From Candidatus Omnitrophota bacterium (GTDB taxonomy: Bacteria; Omnitrophota; Gorgyraeia; Zapsychrales; JANLHA01): DNA of 32,000 bases. The notes beneath the pieces were generated by a model that had not been told where the DNA came from, did not search any database, and saw only the letters and a program-made list of their open reading frames with translations. Each line of letters starts with the position of its first letter. The stretch's first letter is position 1. The stretch is taken from positions 1,860,001 through 1,892,000 of the forward strand of contig OY759724.1 in the NCBI GenBank assembly GCA_963662715.1. Direction: 5' to 3'. Positions 26,593 to 32,000 of this stretch are shown one piece after another. The position numbers and the translations under genes are program-made.

Positions 26593-27678
26593 ATGATCAA
26601 TATTAAGGTTGATCTGGGCGAAAACAGTTATAGCATTGTCATCGATCATAAGAGCCTGCAGGAGGTGGGGGGCAAGCTTAAGCCTCTTAACGTGGGAGAC
26701 GACGCTGTCATCATCACGAATCCTGTCATTAAGCAATTGCACGGAAAGACTTTGAACGCAAGCCTGAAGAAAGCGGGCTTCAGCACAAAGTTTTTTGAAG
26801 TCCCGGACGGGGAAGAAAGCAAGTCCGCTGACCAGGCCTTTGATCTTATCGAAAAGATCGCCGGATACAACGTAAAAAGAAAAATTTTTATCGTGGCTTT
26901 CGGCGGAGGCGTTATCGGAGACTTGGCCGGTTACGTTGCCGCTGCGTACCGGAGGGGTATCCCCTATGTCCAAATCCCGACGACGCTCCTGGCGCAGATC
27001 GATTCAGCTATCGGCGGTAAAGTGGCCATAGATCTTCCTACCGGAAAAAATCTGGTGGGAGCCTTTTATCAGCCCCGTCTGGTCTTCAGCGACGTTTCTC
27101 TTTTAGCCACTTTGGATAAAAGGCAGATTTGTAACGGCCTGGCGGAAGTCATTAAATACGGGGCTATCTGCGACCGGAACTTCTTTGATTACATTTATCA
27201 GCATGTCCAGCAGATCCTCGATTTGGACCCGAAGGTGCTCAAGGAAATCGTCGCGAACTGCAGCCGGATCAAAGCCAAGGTTGTGATGAACGACGAAAGA
27301 GAAGTGAAGGGGGTCCGGACGATCCTTAACTTCGGGCACACGGTGGGGCATGCGATCGAGGGGGCCAACAAATACAAGGATTATCAGCACGGAGAATCTG
27401 TGGCCCTGGGTATGCGGATTGCCGCCGATATCTCGGTCCGGATGGGCCTGATCAGCCCGAACAGCGTTGAAAGGCTTAATGACCTGATTACGGCTGTCGG
27501 TTTACCGGAACGTATTAAATACGTATCCCTGAATGATATTCTCAAGTTCATGGAACATGACAAAAAGTTTTCCGGGAAGAAAAATAAGTTTGTCCTCCTC
27601 ACCGGCCTGGGAAGCGTGAAGGTGATTGAAGGCGTTGAGAAGGAGTATATTGAAGCCGCTATAAAGAATTATTTGTGA
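26593..27678 (+). CDS. aroB: 3-dehydroquinate synthase
   Basis: VAFGGGVIGDLAGYVAA...RGIPYVQIPTTLLAQIDSAIGGK, GLAEVIKYG and NFGHT.GHAIE. RBS GAGGAGG. Confidence 0.9.
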   Translation: MINIKVDLGENSYSIVIDHKSLQEVGGKLKPLNVGDDAVIITNPVIKQLHGKTLNASLKKAGFSTKFFEVPDGEESKSADQAFDLIEKIAGYNVKRKIFIVAFGGGVIGDLAGYVAAAYRRGIPYVQIPTTLLAQIDSAIGGKVAIDLPTGKNLVGAFYQPRLVFSDVSLLATLDKRQICNGLAEVIKYGAICDRNFFDYIYQHVQQILDLDPKVLKEIVANCSRIKAKVVMNDEREVKGVRTILNFGHTVGHAIEGANKYKDYQHGESVALGMRIAADISVRMGLISPNSVERLNDLITAVGLPERIKYVSLNDILKFMEHDKKFSGKKNKFVLLTGLGSVKVIEGVEKEYIEAAIKNYL

Positions 27679-27691
27679 TTGGACGGTTGTG

Positions 27692-28264
27692 CTAGTTGCC
27701 GAAAACCTTAATGATCGAGATGTTCTGGTCCTGGTCTGCGAGGTGAACTTTATCCCGTTCAATCTCAACGATGCGTTTCCCGGCAACGATATCTCCCAGT
27801 TCATAAATGTCATCATTGATCAGGGCGACCCTTTTTTCCCCCATCGTCATAATTCCCGATAAGTGCAGCCCGCCGTCCCCCTGAGGCCTGTTCTGTGTTC
27901 CTGCCGTGTGACTGTTCTCAGCGGAGAACGGCAGAAGGTTAAAGAACCACAGGCTTCCCGCGGTCATAAGCAGGACGAGACCGATGCTTATCCCCAGCCA
28001 TTTTTTTGCGGAGCCTTTTCTGGGCGCGCTTTGTTTTTCCGCCCGGGGAGGACTTTGCGGCTTTGCGGCCGGAGACAGTTTTGCCGGCTGCTTTGGCTGA
28101 GGCGTCTCTGCCTGTTGTGCCGGCCGTGCGAAACGTTCGTCTCCCAGTTTGGTTGAATTGTCGGTCTGCGGATTATGCGTTTCTGCCCCTTCCAGAGGAG
28201 CGTTGCTTTTTTCCTGATTCATGCGGTTTTGTGCTTTTTTTAAGGCATCATTGATAATGCTCAT
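27692..28264 (-). CDS. GspB-like (T2SS protein B / ExeB-type) membrane protein
   Basis: N-terminus MSIINDALKKAQ (compare the MSYILDALRKA signature). P/Q/A-rich linker, TM segment (WLGISIGLVLLMTAGSLWFF), and C-terminal GIMTMGEKRVALINDDIYELGD.V.G..IVEIERDKV.L. Starts 1 nt after the ExeA-like stop. Confidence 0.6.
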   Translation of the reverse strand: MSIINDALKKAQNRMNQEKSNAPLEGAETHNPQTDNSTKLGDERFARPAQQAETPQPKQPAKLSPAAKPQSPPRAEKQSAPRKGSAKKWLGISIGLVLLMTAGSLWFFNLLPFSAENSHTAGTQNRPQGDGGLHLSGIMTMGEKRVALINDDIYELGDIVAGKRIVEIERDKVHLADQDQNISIIKVFGN

Positions 28265-28265
28265 T

Positions 28266-29126
28266 TTAGTTTACCTCTCTGGCGCATTTGTAGATGATTT
28301 TTTCATCAATTGTGTAAGTCTCTTGAGTGAACCCGGCTAATAAAGCCCGGTCACAGATGATATTAATAACCCGAGGGGTTCCCTTAGATATTAAAAAAAC
28401 AGCCTCGACGGCTTGGTCGGTAAAACAGACCTGCGGCGTTCCGTTCGTCTGCGCCCGGGCTGTTTTTAAGCGGTAAGAAATATATTCCCCGATCTCATGC
28501 TTCTCGAGAGGGAGGATATGATAGCGTACAGCGACGCGTTGATTAAGCTGCCTTAAAGAAGGCAGCTTGAGCTTGTCCAGCAGTTCCGGCTGTCCCACGA
28601 GAATGATTTGCAGCAGTTTGAACTTTTCCGTTTCAATATTGGACAGCAGCCGGATCTGCTCCAGCTGGCTGGGTTTAAGGTTTTGAGCTTCGTCAATGAT
28701 GAGAACAATGTTGCGGCCAAGTTCGTTTTCCTGTAAAAGGAATTCGTTCAGGGCGTTGATCAAGGCGAGTTTGTTTTTGTGGTCCCCCTTGATGCCGAAA
28801 TCGTTCAGGATAAGCTGAAGGAGCTGAATCTCCGAGAAAGACGGGTTAAGAATGAGGGCCGTTTTGATGTTTTCATCCAGCCGGGTCAATAAGGTGCGGC
28901 AGAGGGTTGTTTTCCCGGTCCCGATCTCGCCTGTGACCACCATAATCCCTTTGCGCTGCCGGACCCCGTAAATCAGATGTGAAAAAGCATCGTGATGATG
29001 TGCGCTGTCAAAAAAGTACTCGGGATCGGAGGTCACATTGAAGGGGAAATCTTTAAAGTCGTAGAATTCTTTATACATGCGCACAATTATATCATGCGGT
29101 ATAAATGCGGACAATGAGGATTTCAT
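28266..29126 (-). CDS. ExeA/GspA/MshM-like AAA ATPase (no peptidoglycan-binding domain)
   Basis: YKEFYDFKDFPFNVTSDP..FF, Walker A GEIGTGKTT, Walker B VLIIDEAQNL and LQIILVGQPEL. The true start may be M17 (29078), which gives the canonical MY..F.. N-terminus. Confidence 0.85.
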   Translation of the reverse strand: MKSSLSAFIPHDIIVRMYKEFYDFKDFPFNVTSDPEYFFDSAHHHDAFSHLIYGVRQRKGIMVVTGEIGTGKTTLCRTLLTRLDENIKTALILNPSFSEIQLLQLILNDFGIKGDHKNKLALINALNEFLLQENELGRNIVLIIDEAQNLKPSQLEQIRLLSNIETEKFKLLQIILVGQPELLDKLKLPSLRQLNQRVAVRYHILPLEKHEIGEYISYRLKTARAQTNGTPQVCFTDQAVEAVFLISKGTPRVINIICDRALLAGFTQETYTIDEKIIYKCAREVN

Positions 29127-29255
29127 GAATATTTGATGTGTTGTTCGGCTTCGCCGGCACTAAGTCTTTGTCCTATAAATTGTTGGAAAACAGAGGCCCC
29201 GGGGGCGGTGCTTCTGGGGCTGCGGCGTTTCCTGCAATGAAGGGGAAAAAAATAA

Positions 29256-29283
29256 TTGTCTATGAATGATAATATGTTATAAT
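29256..29283 (+). promoter_or_regulatory. Candidate extended -10 sigma70 promoter for the PilZ cassette
   Basis: TTGTCT, 16-nt spacer, TGtTATAAT. The -10 hexamer ends 38 nt upstream of the GTG at 29322, in the divergent intergenic region. Confidence 0.4.
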
Positions 29284-29321
29284 TCTGCAAAAGACGACTC
29301 TTAAATTTAATCAATATTTTT

Positions 29322-29699
29322 GTGTTTGAGAAAAGAAAATACAAGCGGGTCAATTTTAGAGAGGCCATAGAATATCACGTTCTGCCCGGAGCGCCAGGTC
29401 ACGGTCTGCGCCTGCAGCCTTTCGGGGGGTGTCTCAGTTGGGACTTAAGTGAAGGGGGGATCCGTTTCCGGGCGTATTCGTTTATTCCGCTTAACACAGA
29501 TTTATCCCTGCAATTTTCTTTGAATAAGGAACGCACGTTAAAATTGGTTGCCCGGGTTGTTTGGGTTCAGAAACTTCCTCATTCTGAGCAGTATAATCTG
29601 GGCTTGGAGTTTGCAAAAACCCCGCAGAACATCCAGGGGCAAAAGAGTCTGCACAATTATTTCAGGCGGTGTATGAACCCTAAACGGAAACGCCTCTGA
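29322..29699 (+). CDS. PilZ-domain protein (single domain, 125 aa)
   Basis: RxxxR (RKYKR) and DxSxxG (DLSEGG) c-di-GMP-binding motifs at the canonical spacing. GTG start without an obvious SD. Confidence 0.75.
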   Translation: MFEKRKYKRVNFREAIEYHVLPGAPGHGLRLQPFGGCLSWDLSEGGIRFRAYSFIPLNTDLSLQFSLNKERTLKLVARVVWVQKLPHSEQYNLGLEFAKTPQNIQGQKSLHNYFRRCMNPKRKRL

Positions 29700-29799
29700 T
29701 TTCCTGCCGGACACGGCTTATCGGCAGACGATGGCTGTTGAGGTCCGGTTTGGGGACGGCCGGCAGAAGAGATTTTAAAAGTTGTTAAAAGAAGGAAGC

Positions 29800-29862
29800 T
29801 CGCACAGGACAGTGTCATTATTCATATCCGGAGAAACACGGCACTTCCGGATATAAGTGCGA
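29800..29862 (+). other. Nested stem-loop in the 5' leader of the Zn-ribbon gene
   Basis: Outer 6-bp stem TCGCAC (29800-29805) / GTGCGA (29857-29862). It encloses a perfect 9-bp hairpin ATATCCGGA (29824-29832) / TCCGGATAT (29846-29854) with a 13-nt loop. Confidence 0.35.
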
Positions 29863-29894
29863 AATCATATGTGGAGAAAGGAGTTAACGGTTTT

Positions 29895-30053
29895 ATGGCT
29901 GATCAAGATGAAGCTTTGAAAAATTGCGGTGCATGTAAAAAGGCTGTTACGAAAACGAAAAGATATTACCGAAACGGTAAATATTATTGCAATCAGAACT
30001 GCTGGAAGAAAGCCAAGGCAGCGGCGGCTGCCAGTCAGGCAGAAAGTTCATAA
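29895..30053 (+). CDS. Small CxxC...CxxxC zinc-ribbon protein (TRASH/YHS-like), 52 aa
   Basis: MADQDEALKNCGACKKAVTKTKRYYRNGKYYCNQNCWKKAKAAAAASQAESS. The G-K-Y-Y-C-x-x-x-C pattern resembles TRASH/YHS domains. GGAGAAAGGAG lies upstream of the ATG at 29895. Confidence 0.55.
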   Translation: MADQDEALKNCGACKKAVTKTKRYYRNGKYYCNQNCWKKAKAAAAASQAESS

Positions 30054-30085
30054 TAAGCTGGTTCATGCAAGCTTAAGGAGGAACT

Positions 30086-30475
30086 GTGTGCCAAGAATTT
30101 AGCGGGATGGACCGCAGGAAACATCCCCGGACAGAAGGAAATATCCCTGTTAAGATTTACAGCGATGATTTTGATGTCGTGACGGAAACGAAAAATTTAA
30201 GCCGTGCAGGGGTGTATTGTCAGGTCGATAAGTATATTGAACCCATGACAAAGTTAAATATCCACCTGCTCCTTTCCTGTAAGAAAGACGGTAAGATTAC
30301 GACAAAGAAGGTGTCTTGTCAGGGTGTTATTGTGCGCACCGAGTCCGTGCCTGGAACGGATATTTTTAATGTCGCGATATACTTTAATGAAATCAAAGCG
30401 AGAGACGCGGAAAATATCGCGGACTTTGTTGAAATCATGTTGGATAAGAATTCCGACACCTCAGAGTGTTCATAA
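30086..30475 (+). CDS. PilZ-domain protein (single domain, ~122-129 aa)
   Basis: RxxxR (RKHPR) and NxSxxG (NLSRAG) motifs. AAGGAGG upstream. Start is either GTG at 30086 or ATG at 30107. Confidence 0.75.
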   Translation: MCQEFSGMDRRKHPRTEGNIPVKIYSDDFDVVTETKNLSRAGVYCQVDKYIEPMTKLNIHLLLSCKKDGKITTKKVSCQGVIVRTESVPGTDIFNVAIYFNEIKARDAENIADFVEIMLDKNSDTSECS

Positions 30476-30535
30476 TAACGGAATATCGACAGGCTGTTTT
30501 CTGTCTTTGCGTTTCCTTACATTTGGGAGTTTTAT

Positions 30536-30703
30536 ATGGAAAGCGTATTGAATTTATCTCCGGCTCAAATGGTTTTTATGATGCTTTTACAAATGTGGAT
30601 TTTTGTGATTTTCCCGGTTATTATCATTAAGAAGTTGAACTATATGACCGATCTGCTGGAAGGTCTTTATGTGGATAATGAGCAAGATGCCGGATCTATT
30701 TAG
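30536..30703 (+). CDS. Putative 55-aa single-TM micro-protein (not in the ORF track)
   Basis: Hand translation gives MESVLNLSPAQMVFMMLLQMWIFVIFPVIIIKKLNYMTDLLEGLYVDNEQDAGSI*. GGGAG lies 6 nt upstream. It fills an otherwise unusually long 275-nt gap. Confidence 0.4.
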   Translation: MESVLNLSPAQMVFMMLLQMWIFVIFPVIIIKKLNYMTDLLEGLYVDNEQDAGSI

Positions 30704-30750
30704 GGATACCTGATCCTGTCGTTCGTCCCCTCCAAATTATTACTTCTGCC

Positions 30751-31479
30751 ATGATTGAGATCCTGTACGAAGATGATGATTATATGGTTTTTAACAAACC
30801 GGCGGGTCTTCTCGTCATCCCTTCTCCCCGGCAAACGACGAATACTCTGCTTCATCTTGTCAACAGGATGAAGCAGCCCTTCGGCAAAGATTCTGCTCAA
30901 ACGAATGTCGTCGCGGATAAGCGCAAACTGTATCCGTGCCATCGGTTGGACCGGGAAACTTCGGGGGTTATTCTTTTTGCCAAAGGGAAACGGAATCAGA
31001 AAATCATGATGGAATCTTTTCGCCGGCAGGAGGTGAAGAAAACTTACATTGCTTTTGTCCGGGGCCGGATTGCTCCTCTCCGGGGACGGATTGCCCTGCC
31101 CGTGAAAGACCGTTATGCCAAGGCCACGGTCAGCGCCGGTAAAAAAAGCGGCCATTTTGGGCAGATATCCCGGCCGGTTGAAAAAGATGCCGTAACGGAA
31201 TATTCTGTTTTGTCCGTGCTTGAATCTTTTTCCGTGATTCAGGTTTTTCCCAAAACAGGCCGTAAGAATCAGATCCGTATTCATTTTAAAAATATCGGAC
31301 ACCCTCTTTTGGGGGAACGGGTCTATGCTTTTCGAAAGGATTTTCCTTTGCATTTCAAGCGTTTGGCTTTGCATGCACAAACCTTGAACTGGAAACATCC
31401 CGTGTCCCGCAAAAGAATCAATGTGCGGGCGCCTTTGCCGGATGATATGCAGCAATTCTGGGACAAATATAAGACTTAA
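30751..31479 (+). CDS. RluA-family pseudouridine synthase (no S4 domain)
   Basis: KPAGLLV, the catalytic HRLDRETSGVILFAK motif, TGRKNQIR.H and LHA..L. Confidence 0.9.
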   Translation: MIEILYEDDDYMVFNKPAGLLVIPSPRQTTNTLLHLVNRMKQPFGKDSAQTNVVADKRKLYPCHRLDRETSGVILFAKGKRNQKIMMESFRRQEVKKTYIAFVRGRIAPLRGRIALPVKDRYAKATVSAGKKSGHFGQISRPVEKDAVTEYSVLSVLESFSVIQVFPKTGRKNQIRIHFKNIGHPLLGERVYAFRKDFPLHFKRLALHAQTLNWKHPVSRKRINVRAPLPDDMQQFWDKYKT

Positions 31480-31490
31480 AATATCTCTTT

Positions 31491-31820
31491 ATGAAAGGAC
31501 GGTACGGTTTGGATGCGATAACAGAAAAAAAGACTCTGAATGAATGGGCTGAACTATGCCATGCGATTGCCAGAGAGAAGGGGTTCTGGGATGAAGAAAG
31601 GAACATCGGTGAGGCCCTGATGCTGATTGTGACTGAACTGGCGGAAGCCATGGAAGCCCACCGGACGCAGGACGATGAGAATTTCAGGGAAGAGATCGCC
31701 GATACCTTTATTCGCTTGCTGGATCTTTGCGGGGGCCTTAAGATAGATATTGAAGGGGAGATTGAAAAGAAATCATTGAAAAATAAAAAGAGACCGTATA
31801 AACACGGAAAGATTTGTTGA
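31491..31820 (+). CDS. Small MazG-like nucleotide pyrophosphohydrolase
   Basis: LIVTELAEAMEA....D...F.EEIADTFIRLLDL gives the E..E...E..D metal-binding pattern of the all-alpha NTP-PPase fold. Confidence 0.75.
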   Translation: MKGRYGLDAITEKKTLNEWAELCHAIAREKGFWDEERNIGEALMLIVTELAEAMEAHRTQDDENFREEIADTFIRLLDLCGGLKIDIEGEIEKKSLKNKKRPYKHGKIC

Positions 31821-31896
31821 TCTTACGGGACCCTAATATCAGCGGAAGATCAGCCTGGGGGTATCATCCTTGTCCTGATTTGAGGTTTTTAAAGAT

Positions 31897-32000
31897 ATGC
31901 TGACAAAAAAATTGAGTGTGTTTATCTTTATTCTGTTCTTTGGATTTTGCGGCTGCGCCAAAAATTACGTGCCGCATTATCTTCAGAAACACCACCCGTA
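31897..32000 (+). CDS. Putative lipoprotein, 5' fragment (runs off the window)
   Basis: MLTKKLSVFIFILFFGFCGCAKNY... is a signal peptide plus lipobox (FCGC). Confidence 0.5.
   Translation, partial: MLTKKLSVFIFILFFGFCGCAKNYVPHYLQKHHP

Noticed and set aside
29123-29368. 81-aa minus-strand ORF in the ORF track.
   Set aside because: It spans the divergent promoter region and overlaps the PilZ gene start. It has no motif and a low-complexity translation, so it is likely non-coding.
29731-29778. 15-codon uORF (MAVEVRFGDGRQKRF*) in the PilZ/Zn-ribbon spacer as a leader peptide.
   Set aside because: It has no Shine-Dalgarno sequence and no informative codon content. It cannot be distinguished from chance.
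29797-29862. Possible c-di-GMP-I (GEMM-I) riboswitch, suggested by CGCACAGG and the flanking PilZ genes.
   Set aside because: Only the CGCACAGG octamer resembles the consensus. I do not see the GGGCAAACC tetraloop-receptor arm or the GACGCAAAGCC segment. I therefore report it only as an unclassified structured leader.
345-31455. Long antisense ORFs in the track: 345-920, 2166-2888, 5141-5809, 6218-6829, 12369-12842, 19215-19754, 22229-22753, 23064-23642 and 30700-31455, all on the minus strand.
   Set aside because: Each lies opposite a + strand gene with unambiguous family motifs. Their translations are Arg/Ser/Leu-rich shadow-ORF sequence without recognisable domains.

Overview
This window is a compact block of about 45 genes, almost all on the + strand, and it reads as core chromosome of an uncultured Gram-negative bacterium. 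Weak taxonomic hints point to a PVC/Omnitrophota-like lineage: a 'small basic protein' family member, several PilZ proteins, and Lys-rich tails on housekeeping proteins. All calls rest on motif recognition by eye, with no searches run, and start codons are best guesses.

Gene order on the + strand:
- rplQ (L17 with a long Lys-rich tail), a class-I aminotransferase, pilT and icd.
- lipB plus a free-standing lipoyl-domain mini-protein.
- A three-gene glycolipid-type cassette: GT28 MGDG-synthase-like, LpxL/HtrB-type acyltransferase, GT2.
- An orphan TonB-like protein, DUF1844, and a Trm112-like zinc-ribbon ORF that is missing from the ORF track.
- The conserved block aroQ-pepP-efp-accB-accC-asp23-amaP.
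- A PFK with odd active-site motifs, gmhA, a stand-alone heptose-1-P adenylyltransferase, and ThiD2-like/thiE.
- tRNA-Gly(CCC), then a degenerate LysM/M23 (NlpD-like) lipoprotein.
- A 545-aa ATPase_2/STAND-like NTPase whose stop overlaps the start (ATGA) of a YfcE phosphoesterase, followed by HIT, dGTPase-like and GAF-HD-GYP genes.
- SPOR, small basic protein, SH3b, an S2P/M50 protease and aroB.

The only minus-strand island is a GspB-like/ExeA-like pair. It is transcribed divergently from a PilZ / TRASH-like Zn-ribbon / PilZ / micro-membrane-protein cassette. After that come an RluA-family synthase, a MazG-like protein and a partial lipoprotein.

I saw no CRISPR array, transposase, integrase, phage gene, rRNA or recognisable known defence system. 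I cannot support a clearly novel system. The best candidates for a second look are:
1. The PilZ/Zn-ribbon/PilZ/micropeptide cassette, its structured 195-nt spacer and the divergent ExeA/GspB pair.
2. The ATPase_2-type NTPase coupled to a phosphoesterase at the head of a run of nucleotide hydrolases.
3. The LipB plus stand-alone lipoyl-carrier pair.
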